Assembly (NCBI GenBank): GCA_001769535.1
Contig: MEOH01000001.1
Span: 200,040 to 264,039 of the forward strand
Direction: 5' to 3'
Length of the DNA: 64,000 nt
Source: Bacteroidetes bacterium GWF2_38_335
GTDB taxonomy: Bacteria; Bacteroidota; Bacteroidia; Bacteroidales; GWF2-38-335
Both the position numbers and the translations under genes were made by a program. The notes beneath the pieces were generated by a model. It was given only the letters and a program-made list of their open reading frames with translations. It searched no databases and was not told the DNA's origin. Shown here one piece after another: positions 56,154 to 64,000 of the stretch; position 1 is the stretch's first letter, and each line of letters opens with the position of its first letter.

Positions 56154-57018
56154 ACAAAAAATAGTTTTTTTCACAACCATACTATTTATGACGGTTTCCA
56201 TGTTGGAAAGTTGCCGTCCCGTTCAGGGATGTACCGATCCCAACGCCTATAATTACAATTCCAGCGCCGACGAAGATGACGGCTCATGCGCTTATTATCC
56301 CGGCTGCACCGATCCCAACGCCATCAACTACGATCCAAATGCCGATATTGATGATGGTTCATGTGAGTATCCCGCCGGCTGCACCGATCCCGTTGCCGAC
56401 AACTACGACCCCACTGCTCAGGTTGATGATGGTTCATGCTGGTATCAATACGGCGAAAATTCAGGTAAAATAACCGTTTATCGCGAAGGCGAATGCTGGG
56501 AAAACAATGTTGATGTATATTTCGGCGACAGCTTCGAAGGAACACTGACCTCCTTTTACACCACCCTCCCCGATTGTGATGCCAATGCCGAAGCAGGTAA
56601 AATCATAACCTTTGTTGATTCATACGGCGATTACGATTTCAAAGCCACCTCCGAAGCCGGAACAGAATGGAAAGGAAAAGTCTATATCCCCCGAAACGGA
56701 TGTGTTGATGTGAAACTCCGCTGTGGCGGATATATCGGAGGAAATGCCCTGGTAACAGACAACACCAAAGGCGAAATCATGGTATGGACCAAGCTCGACC
56801 TGCCCCTGAATATTTCCGTACAAATCAACGATGCTGATGCAGGTGTTATCAGAACAAACTATGACTCCATTCCCAATTGCGGCGCCAGCGGCTGTGTCAC
56901 TAAATGCAGCCTTACCCCCGGCACCTATACCATTGATGCTTCAAGCGGTTCATACACCTGGAGCAACTACACCATTCAGGTTTTTGGTGGTGAATGCAGT
57001 AAGTTTGAGTTGAAGTGA
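56134..57018 (+). CDS. Lipoprotein with three GCTDPxAxNY-x5-7-DDGSC repeats and two Cys-containing beta-rich modules
   Basis: Lipobox MLESC. Repeats at aa 32-104 and two similar about 85-aa modules (GKITVYREGEC... and GEIMVWTKLDL...). Overlaps the upstream gene by 20 nt. Confidence 0.6.
   Translation: MKMSLSKQKIVFFTTILFMTVSMLESCRPVQGCTDPNAYNYNSSADEDDGSCAYYPGCTDPNAINYDPNADIDDGSCEYPAGCTDPVADNYDPTAQVDDGSCWYQYGENSGKITVYREGECWENNVDVYFGDSFEGTLTSFYTTLPDCDANAEAGKIITFVDSYGDYDFKATSEAGTEWKGKVYIPRNGCVDVKLRCGGYIGGNALVTDNTKGEIMVWTKLDLPLNISVQINDADAGVIRTNYDSIPNCGASGCVTKCSLTPGTYTIDASSGSYTWSNYTIQVFGGECSKFELK
56227..56445 (+). repeat. Three tandem 75-bp (25-aa) coding repeats
   Basis: GCTDPNAYNYNSSADEDDGSCAYYP / GCTDPNAINYDPNADIDDGSCEYPA / GCTDPVADNYDPTAQVDDGSCWY. 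Confidence 0.9.
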
Positions 57019-57035
57019 AAGTTGATTGTTAGTAG

Positions 57036-57090
57036 TAAAGTTTGAAAGGTCGAAAGTCCTTAAAGTCGAAAGTCTGTCAAGTCTATAAAG
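57036..57090. repeat. Imperfect short-period A/T-rich motif array (AAAGTCN-type units)
   Basis: TAAAGTTTGAAAGGTCGAAAGTCCTTAAAGTCGAAAGTCTGTCAAGTCTATAAAG. Related motifs (TATAAAGTC, CATCAAGTC, AAAGTTTGAAA) recur at 57301-57342 in roughly mirrored order. Confidence 0.6.
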
Positions 57091-57104
57091 CATATTCTTC
57101 CGCA

Positions 57105-57235
57105 ATCCAGGCCTGACCACCTTTGTTAAAGCTTTGGTGGTTAAAAAAGGCCAGCTCAATTCAGCCCCGGCTTTTAAGCCTGTAGGGCTTAAATTATGGT
57201 AGCCTCGGGCAATTGCCCCGGGGCCCGCCGGCCAT
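57105..57235. other. GC-rich multi-hairpin island in an AT-rich intergenic region (candidate structured RNA or REP-like element)
   Basis: Hairpins ACCACC/GGTGGT (57116-57141), TTTAAGCC-TGTAG-GGCTTAAA (57173-57193) and the palindrome GGCAATTGCC (57208-57217). Possible long-range pairing of GCCCCGG (57164-57170) with CCGGGGC (57218-57224). Confidence 0.4.
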
Positions 57236-57471
57236 GAACACATTAGAACAAAAAACCCCATTCCGGCGAATATGAATGATGAATTTAATCAGAAGGTAAG
57301 TTTATAAAGTCCATCAAGTCAAAACAAAATAAAGTTTGAAAAACAGCTTGCCTGAAATAAAGTCATACTTTTCCAGTAAAATCAGCACATAAATGACCAT
57401 TATTACTTGATATATTGCTCCCTTCAATAATTTTTTCCTCATACTAATGTAAAAATTTCAACAAATCCCAC

Positions 57472-57479
57472 TATTTTTG
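57472..57479 (+). promoter_or_regulatory. -7 box TATTTTTG for glnS
   Basis: Exact TAnnTTTG 31 nt upstream of ATG 57511. Confidence 0.45.
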
Positions 57480-57510
57480 TATACTAACATTTGAATTATT
57501 GACACAGCAC

Positions 57511-59214
57511 ATGAATCAGCCACCTATTGAAACAAAGGAAAAAAAAGAATCACTGAATTTTATTGAACAGATTATTGAGGAAGATATCCGCAACGATAAA
57601 AATGGAGGGAAAGTTCTTACCCGCTTTCCGCCCGAACCCAATGGTTACCTTCACATCGGTCATGCCAAATCCATCTGCCTGAATTTTGGTTTGGGCATCA
57701 ATTATAATGGCAGTACCAACCTGCGCTTTGATGACACCAATCCAGCTAAAGAAGATATTGAATATGTTGATTCCATTCAGGAAGACGTAAAATGGCTGGG
57801 TTTTAAATGGAACAATGAACCGCTCTATGCTTCTGATTATTTCGATAAATTATACGATCTGGCCGTTGAGCTTATAAAAAAAGGAAAAGCTTACATCTGT
57901 GAGCAAAGTCCCGAGGAAATGGCCGCATACAAAGGCACCCCCACTCAACCCGGAAAACCTTCGCCATGGCGCGACCGTCCGGTTGAAGAAAGTCTCGACC
58001 TTTTTGCCCGCATGAAGAACGGAGAATTTGAGGAAGGCACAAAAATGCTCAGGGCAAAGATTGATCTGGCTTCACCCAACATGCACATGCGCGATCCGAT
58101 CATGTACAGAATCAAAAAGGCCGATCACCACCGCACCGGAAAAAAATGGTGCATCTATCCCATGTATGACTACGCCCACGGGCAATCTGATTATTTCGAA
58201 GGTATCACCCATTCAATTTGCACCCTCGAATTTGAAGTCCACCGCCCCCTATACGACTGGTTCCTCGATCAAATGGTTGAACCCGGCGGGTACAGACCAA
58301 GACAAATAGAATTTGCACGACTGAATCTTTCCTACACCATTATGAGTAAAAGAAAGCTTTTGCGTCTGGTTCAGGAAAAACATGTTTCGGGATGGGACGA
58401 TCCACGAATGCCTACCATTTCGGGATATCGCCGAAGAGGATATACTCCGGAATCCATCCGTAATTTTGCAGAAAGAATCGGAGTAGCCAAAAGAGACAAC
58501 CTCATTGACGTTTCTTTACTTGAGTTTAGCGTACGCGAAGACCTGAACAAAAAAGCACTCAGGGTTATGGGCGTGCTCAACCCGCTTAAAGTAGTCATCA
58601 CCAATTATCCCGAAGGAAAATCAGAACAGTTGGATGCCATAAACAATCCTGAAGATCAAAGCATGGGAACCAGAAAAGTTAGTTTCGCGCGCGAAATCTT
58701 TATCGAAAAAGATGATTTTTTGGAAGAAGCTCCAAAAAACTTCTTCAGACTTTCTCCCGGCAATGAAGTCCGCCTGAGATACGCATACTTCATTAAATGT
58801 ACCGACGTGGTTAAAGACGCAAACGGTCAAATTACAGAACTTCACTGCACCTACGACCCGGCAACAAAGGGAGGAAATGCACCCGATGGCCGAAAAGTCA
58901 AAGGAACCATCCACTGGGTTGATGCTTCAAACCACGTAAATGCAGAAGTAAGATTATACGATCGCCTTTTCAATGTCGAAGAACCCGATGAGGCCGAAGA
59001 AGGAAAAGATTTCCTTTCACACATAAACCCCGACTCGTTAAAAGTAATCAGGGCTTTTGTCGAAAAAGCAGTTGAAACAGGGAAACCCGGAGATAAATAC
59101 CAGTTCGAAAGAATGGGCTATTTCTGCATTGACAAGGATGCTGCTCCCAATAATGTTGTTTTCAACAGAACAGTTACCCTGAAAGATACCTGGGCTAAAA
59201 TAGCTAACAAATAA
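57511..59214 (+). CDS. glnS: Glutamine--tRNA ligase
   Basis: [17 protein letters not shown] (HIGH) and IMSKRKL (KMSKS-type), with GlnRS-like length and C-terminal anticodon-binding domain. ATG 57511 preferred over the track's TTG 57499. Confidence 0.9.
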   Translation: MNQPPIETKEKKESLNFIEQIIEEDIRNDKNGGKVLTRFPPEPNGYLHIGHAKSICLNFGLGINYNGSTNLRFDDTNPAKEDIEYVDSIQEDVKWLGFKWNNEPLYASDYFDKLYDLAVELIKKGKAYICEQSPEEMAAYKGTPTQPGKPSPWRDRPVEESLDLFARMKNGEFEEGTKMLRAKIDLASPNMHMRDPIMYRIKKADHHRTGKKWCIYPMYDYAHGQSDYFEGITHSICTLEFEVHRPLYDWFLDQMVEPGGYRPRQIEFARLNLSYTIMSKRKLLRLVQEKHVSGWDDPRMPTISGYRRRGYTPESIRNFAERIGVAKRDNLIDVSLLEFSVREDLNKKALRVMGVLNPLKVVITNYPEGKSEQLDAINNPEDQSMGTRKVSFAREIFIEKDDFLEEAPKNFFRLSPGNEVRLRYAYFIKCTDVVKDANGQITELHCTYDPATKGGNAPDGRKVKGTIHWVDASNHVNAEVRLYDRLFNVEEPDEAEEGKDFLSHINPDSLKVIRAFVEKAVETGKPGDKYQFERMGYFCIDKDAAPNNVVFNRTVTLKDTWAKIANK

Positions 59215-59215
59215 C

Positions 59216-60676
59216 ATGAGGCGTATTTACTTATTCCTTTCATTTTTAATTGGATTCGGCTGTTTATTCTCACAGCCTGTCGAAAAACAAAAGGGTTTTG
59301 ATTGTATCAAAGCTTCATCTCTCATGAAAACAGTTGAAATGCTTTGCTTACCTGAACTTGAGGGCAGACTGCCCGGCGGAGATGGTTATAACAAAGCATG
59401 TGATTCCATGTCGCAAAGATTTAGGTCTCTTGGACTGATGCCGTTTAATAAAGACGTATATTATCAGGAATTCACCATTGAACACAATACAATCCTGTCG
59501 CCCTGTTACATGAAACTTTTTCCCGGTAAAAAAAATGAGGAGAAATGGAGTTTGGGCAAGGACTTTATATGCAGGGGTTTCACTGGAGGTGGAAATCCAA
59601 AATCAGAAGTGGTTTTTTGCGGTTACGGAATTACAGATAAAACTTCGGGATATGACGATTACAAAGATGTTAATGTTAAGGGAAAAATAGTTCTTATAAT
59701 TAAAAAAAATCCCGACTGGAAGTTAAATGATGCCGGATGGGGCGACCTTTCTATCCGAAAAAAAGCACAAATTGCCAGCGAACATGGAGCCACCGGAATG
59801 ATTCTGGTTTCACATCCCTCCGATTGGCAAACAGTTCCCATCGGAAGCGTGATGGAAGGAACAGGGGAACAACTTACAGGATTTCCCCAAACACATATAA
59901 CCATTGAAAATGCAAATAAAATTCTTTCTGCTTCAAGTAATTCGATTGCAGATTTATGCAAGAAAATAGACACGGAAAAGAAACCATTCTCTTTACGTAC
60001 TGGTGCCAATATTGAGATTTCTATCCAAACAAATTATCAAAAAACTACTACAACAAAAAATGTAATCGGAATAATGGAAGGTTCCGATCCTGAACTGAAA
60101 AAAGAGTATGTTATTATTTCGGGACATCTCGACCATGTTGGCAGTCAGGGTGGCGGCGAAATTTATTTCCCCGGTGCCAACGATGATGCTTCAGGCTCTG
60201 CTGCCGTTTTGGAAATTGCGCGGGCTTTTTCCTCAACAGGAAGACGCCCTTTGCGTTCTCTCGTTTTTATCCTTTTTGCCTGCGAAGAACATGGACTCGA
60301 CGGTGCCACCTATTGTGCAAATAACTTTCCCTTTCCGTTGGAAAATGTAAAAGCCATGCTCAATTTCGACTGCATTGCTTTTGGAGACAGCATAAAAGTT
60401 GGCGGTGGAGGAGCTGCCCCTGAACTTTGGAACATGACCCGCACAAATGATAGTCTGTTTGTCAAAAAAATGGTTGAGGAAACCTGGGAAAGCGGAGGCG
60501 CCGATGCAACCCCCTTTGCCGAAAAAGGTGTGAAAACCCTTTACTTTGTAACCACCAATAGTTATGGTCACCTGCATCAAATAACTGACAAACCTGAAAC
60601 ACTCAACCAGAACCTTTTTGAGAAAGTGGTAAAACTTGGCTTTCTATCTGCTTTTGATGTGGCAAATAAAAAATAA
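59216..60676 (+). CDS. M28-family aminopeptidase with PA domain
   Basis: Signal peptide, VKGKIVLI (PA domain), ISGHLDHVG, GANDDASGSAAVLEIARAF, EEHGLDG. Confidence 0.8.
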   Translation: MRRIYLFLSFLIGFGCLFSQPVEKQKGFDCIKASSLMKTVEMLCLPELEGRLPGGDGYNKACDSMSQRFRSLGLMPFNKDVYYQEFTIEHNTILSPCYMKLFPGKKNEEKWSLGKDFICRGFTGGGNPKSEVVFCGYGITDKTSGYDDYKDVNVKGKIVLIIKKNPDWKLNDAGWGDLSIRKKAQIASEHGATGMILVSHPSDWQTVPIGSVMEGTGEQLTGFPQTHITIENANKILSASSNSIADLCKKIDTEKKPFSLRTGANIEISIQTNYQKTTTTKNVIGIMEGSDPELKKEYVIISGHLDHVGSQGGGEIYFPGANDDASGSAAVLEIARAFSSTGRRPLRSLVFILFACEEHGLDGATYCANNFPFPLENVKAMLNFDCIAFGDSIKVGGGGAAPELWNMTRTNDSLFVKKMVEETWESGGADATPFAEKGVKTLYFVTTNSYGHLHQITDKPETLNQNLFEKVVKLGFLSAFDVANKK

Positions 60677-60787
60677 CCTTATTCACTCATTTTTCAAGTA
60701 TTCTTGAATATTAAGATTTTAATTGTTTGTATAAAACACAAAATAAAAGATCATTTTTTTCGTATTATTGTTCATTAAAAATTAAGA

Positions 60788-63307
60788 TTGACACTGAATA
60801 TTAAATATCTGAAAATTATTATCCTGCTGTTGCTCCCGGCTTCATTATGGGCACAGACCATTAAAGGCTATGTATATTCCAGTGACAACACCCCCGTTCC
60901 CTACGCCCACGTATATGTGAAACACACCAGCATTGGCACTACCACCGACGAACAGGGACGATATACTCTTAAGCTTGATGAAGGTGATTATGAAATTGTC
61001 ATCTCCAATTTGGGTTATAAAACTACGACCATCCCCATGGTATTGTATAAAAAAGACCAGGTGAAAAATTTCTGGCTTGAGCCATCTTCTGTAGAGGTTC
61101 AGGAAATTGAAGTGAAAGCCAAAAGACGCGATCCCGCTTACGACGTTATTAAAAAAGCCATTGAAGCCCGAAAAGATAATTTCAGACAGGTAATGTCTTC
61201 AAAAAGCAACGTGTATATCAAAGCCAAGGAAATCATCAGTGAAAGAGAGAAGAAAAAACGCGAAAAAGAACAGCAGTTAGAAGAAAATGCAGCCGAACAA
61301 AAAGACAGCCCGCTCCTCGAAAATCCCGAAGACCAGAAAAAAGCCGAGCAACAAAAAAAGACTGCCGAGCAAATGAAACTGGCTAACAGCATGAATATGG
61401 TCGAAATACAAATGGAACGCCATTATCAATATCCCGATCTGGTAAAGGAAATCAGAAATGCCTACGAAGCCCACGGCAGCGCCTATGATTTGTTTTTTCT
61501 CAATACAACAGAAAATAATTTCAATTTTTACTCAAACCTCATCAGCGCAGATAACCTGAACGAGGTCCCCCTCATTTCACCACTCAATGCCACTTCAATA
61601 ATATCCTATAAATTCAGACTCGATAAAACATGGTTCGAAGGCAATTCCATGATATACCATATCATCGTTGAACCAAGAAAACAGGGCAATGCAACATTTA
61701 CCGGATCAATCGACATAGTAAATGGTTCTTTTGCCATAAGAAGGGTTGACCTTTCTCTGCATAAGGGCGGACTGCTTTTTTATGATGATTTCAGAATAAA
61801 GCAGGAATATGAATTGTTCAATGACACCCTCTGGATGGTAACCCGTCAGGAATTTGATTATTTCACGAAAGCAGGAAACAGAGACTTCAAAGGAAACACC
61901 GTGGTAAAGTTTGATAATTTTGAATTTAATGTCTCTTTTCCAAAACGTTATTTTAAAAATGAAATCTCTGTTACAACCCAGGAAGCTTACGAACGTGATT
62001 CAACTTACTGGGATCAGATAAGACCTGAACCCCTTACAATTGAAGAACAGCGCATTATTTTTATTCAGGACAGTCTCGAAGGCGCCCGCAACAAAAAAGA
62101 ATACCTCGATTCAATTGACCGCGCTTACAATAAAGTTACCTGGGGCGACTTCTTCCTTTGGGGTATTGGCAATTTCAACCGTGAAAAAGAGCAGCATATC
62201 TGGGTGTCCGGAATTACCGGTTTCATTAACCCGATTGCCATGGGCGGAGTAAGATCTGGACCCGATTTCCTGATCTTTAAAAGATTTAAAAACAAAAGAT
62301 ATTTCACTCTGTACTCGGGTGTCAATTACGGTTACCGAAATAAAGATGTAAAGGGATCAGCCAGCTTCAACTATATGTATAATCCGAGAAAGCTGAGCAG
62401 GATCTCGTTTCAGGCAGGACAAAACTTCGATGTGGTACAACCAAATTATTCTTTTGCAGGAATGATGGACCGTACCAATTGGGTATTGTCAAGGTTTGCC
62501 AGTGTTGGCCATTCCCATGAAGTGTTCAATGGTTTTTATCTTTACCTATCGGCTAATGTTAAAAGAATTATGCCCATAGATGACTATACTTTTGGAAATT
62601 TCAGCGAAAATTTTGTCAAAAACAATGTACCCCGATCATTTAGTCCGTATAACCTTGTTTCCCTTAAAGCCGAAATCAGGTACACCCCTTTCCAAAAGTT
62701 TATGACCGAGCCCTACCAGAAAATAGTACTTGGGAGTAAATGGCCCACATTTTCTCTTTCAATTCATAAAGGCATTCCGGATATTTTTGACAGCAAAGTA
62801 AACTTTGATTATCTGGAATTTTCTGTATACCAGGATTTCAAAATCAGCACCATCGGTACATCAACTGCAAAGGTTGGGTTTGGCCAATTCCTGAATACCA
62901 AATTGATGCAGTATGAGAATTATAAAATATTCCCCCGTGGCGACAAATGGTTCTTCTCAACCCCAATGCAAAATCAATTACAAGACTCCACTTTAATTAC
63001 CGATGACAAGTTTTTTGAAGCACATTATGTGCATCATTTTAACGGAGCCATTGAAAATAATATTCCTTTTTTCAAAAAATTAAAGATTTACACCTTAGCC
63101 GGAGGAAATTACACCTACATCCCTCAACATGAATATCATTATTACGATTTTTATTACGGAGTCGAAAAATCATTCAGAATTCAAAGGCAAAGGTACAGAA
63201 TAGGAATTTATTTTGTTTACGGCGGATCGAACAGGCAACTGTCCAAACCTGCCATCCAGTTTTCCATTAATCACTACGGGAAGAACGAAAAAAGCTGGGA
63301 GTATTAA
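60788..63307 (+). CDS. CarboxypepD_reg-like plus DUF5686-type large outer-membrane-associated protein
   Basis: TIKGYVYSSDNTPVPYAHVYVKHTSIGTTTDEQGRYTLKLDEGDYEIVISNLGYKT N-terminal domain. About 840 aa and beta-rich, typical of DUF5686 proteins. TTG start. Confidence 0.65.
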   Translation: MTLNIKYLKIIILLLLPASLWAQTIKGYVYSSDNTPVPYAHVYVKHTSIGTTTDEQGRYTLKLDEGDYEIVISNLGYKTTTIPMVLYKKDQVKNFWLEPSSVEVQEIEVKAKRRDPAYDVIKKAIEARKDNFRQVMSSKSNVYIKAKEIISEREKKKREKEQQLEENAAEQKDSPLLENPEDQKKAEQQKKTAEQMKLANSMNMVEIQMERHYQYPDLVKEIRNAYEAHGSAYDLFFLNTTENNFNFYSNLISADNLNEVPLISPLNATSIISYKFRLDKTWFEGNSMIYHIIVEPRKQGNATFTGSIDIVNGSFAIRRVDLSLHKGGLLFYDDFRIKQEYELFNDTLWMVTRQEFDYFTKAGNRDFKGNTVVKFDNFEFNVSFPKRYFKNEISVTTQEAYERDSTYWDQIRPEPLTIEEQRIIFIQDSLEGARNKKEYLDSIDRAYNKVTWGDFFLWGIGNFNREKEQHIWVSGITGFINPIAMGGVRSGPDFLIFKRFKNKRYFTLYSGVNYGYRNKDVKGSASFNYMYNPRKLSRISFQAGQNFDVVQPNYSFAGMMDRTNWVLSRFASVGHSHEVFNGFYLYLSANVKRIMPIDDYTFGNFSENFVKNNVPRSFSPYNLVSLKAEIRYTPFQKFMTEPYQKIVLGSKWPTFSLSIHKGIPDIFDSKVNFDYLEFSVYQDFKISTIGTSTAKVGFGQFLNTKLMQYENYKIFPRGDKWFFSTPMQNQLQDSTLITDDKFFEAHYVHHFNGAIENNIPFFKKLKIYTLAGGNYTYIPQHEYHYYDFYYGVEKSFRIQRQRYRIGIYFVYGGSNRQLSKPAIQFSINHYGKNEKSWEY

Positions 63308-63528
63308 GGTACAATTGTACTCTTAAAACCAAAAATCTGTCACTAAACTGTTTTATAATTTTACAATGGCAGAATGTGCCCGAAACACCTTTCGGCATTA
63401 ATACTCGAAATGCATTACAAAATAATTAGTCAATGGACTATTTTATAATTCATTTCGGTATTATTCTATTTCATCTAAAACAAAATGAGTATGGTACAGT
63501 TTTTGAATTCGACAATTAAAAACGAAAT

Positions 63529-64000
63529 ATGAAACTGATCTACACCTTTACACTTCTTTTACTTATTTTAGCACTAACTTCATGCAACAAAGGCGAATAC
63601 CTCAACGAACCCGTATATGTTTATCTGGATCCTGAATTTGGAACAGACATCAAAACTGAAGGCAAGGCCATTTATCTCGTAGATGACAGCGAAACCTACT
63701 ATTTTGAATTGATTTATTGTCTTTCCGACCGTTTAAACAACTATAACATATTCATTTGTGAATCACCCGTTGGATGTGATTTTGAAATTGAGATAAAGGA
63801 TTTTGATCTTAAGGAAAAAATTAATCCTGAAAAGCGCATGGACAATGGCGATGAACTAACATTTGACCTGAGAAAGTGTAAAACAAACGTAACTTATTCT
63901 CTTTACAAAGGCAACAACAAACTGATGCATGCCACACGCAGCGATACAGACCAGGAAAAACTGATTTACAAACATGGGGATTATTTAATAGAAGAACTGA
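63529..64000 (+). CDS. Hypothetical lipoprotein, N-terminal fragment (runs off the right edge)
   Basis: Own translation from ATG 63529: MKLIYTFTLLLLILALTSCNKGEYLNEPVYVYLDPEF..., open to the window end. Confidence 0.55.
   Translation, partial: MKLIYTFTLLLLILALTSCNKGEYLNEPVYVYLDPEFGTDIKTEGKAIYLVDDSETYYFELIYCLSDRLNNYNIFICESPVGCDFEIEIKDFDLKEKINPEKRMDNGDELTFDLRKCKTNVTYSLYKGNNKLMHATRSDTDQEKLIYKHGDYLIEEL

Noticed and set aside
57040-57180. Possible RNase P RNA or SRP RNA
   Set aside because: GAAAGTCC (57052-57059) and CCCCGGCTT (57165-57173) recall RNase P conserved regions, and the minus strand reads GGTCAGGCCTGGATTGCGGAAG, vaguely like SRP helix 8. However, the spacing is far too short, the GGGC after GAAAGTCC is missing, and the other universally conserved segments and the GGAA-loop helix are absent.
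56950-57261. 103-aa minus-strand ORF covering the GC-rich island
   Set aside because: It overlaps the 3' end of the lipoprotein gene, and its sequence is the translation of hairpin and repeat DNA (…GPGAIARGYHNLSPTGLKAGAE…). More likely a non-coding element.
1-64000. tRNA, rRNA, tmRNA, transposase, integrase or prophage content
   Set aside because: I scanned the intergenic regions by eye for T-arm-like GGTTCGAATCC-type motifs and the ORF products for DDE, tyrosine or serine recombinase motifs, and found none. An eye scan can miss a tRNA, so tRNAscan-SE or Infernal should confirm this.

Overview
AT-rich chromosomal segment that I assign to a Bacteroidota bacterium. Evidence: type IX secretion (T9SS) C-terminal sorting domains, SprB repeats, a PorV/PorQ-like barrel, and exact TAnnTTTG -7 promoter boxes 14-31 nt upstream of many ATGs. 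I call 54 protein-coding genes, two of them truncated at the window edges. Most are housekeeping: folA, class I fumarase, asnB, priA, lepA, lplA, an rsfS-ftsH-cdsA-psd operon, birA, pyrE, coaD, lpxK, purine nucleoside phosphorylase, purS, pssA and glnS. Cell-envelope content includes a 1596-aa T9SS adhesin, a T9SS esterase, an OmpA-family protein, a five-gene polysaccharide/glycosyltransferase locus, a heptose kinase, and an outer-membrane three-gene cluster. There is one HepT/MntA toxin-antitoxin pair. By eye I found no rRNA, tRNA, CRISPR array, transposase, integrase or phage gene, so this is largely an ordinary core region. I could not identify a convincing multi-gene novel system. The leads most worth a second look are: (1) a 15-unit heptamer satellite with a textbook G-quadruplex motif abutting a MoaD-like gene; (2) a small hairpin-repeat family with a compensatory base change, one copy behaving as a terminator and one sitting where no terminator is needed; (3) a 480-bp non-coding region upstream of glnS with a GC-rich multi-hairpin island flanked by short A/T-rich motif arrays; (4) a stand-alone AlbA_2/Schlafen-like protein with an unassigned C-terminal half, whose stop codon overlaps the start codon of a TMTC-like membrane/TPR protein; (5) a secreted Lys/Cys-rich mini-protein; (6) a PorV/PorQ-like barrel, small barrel and Cys-repeat lipoprotein trio. 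All calls come from reading the sequence and the supplied ORF track; no searches were run.
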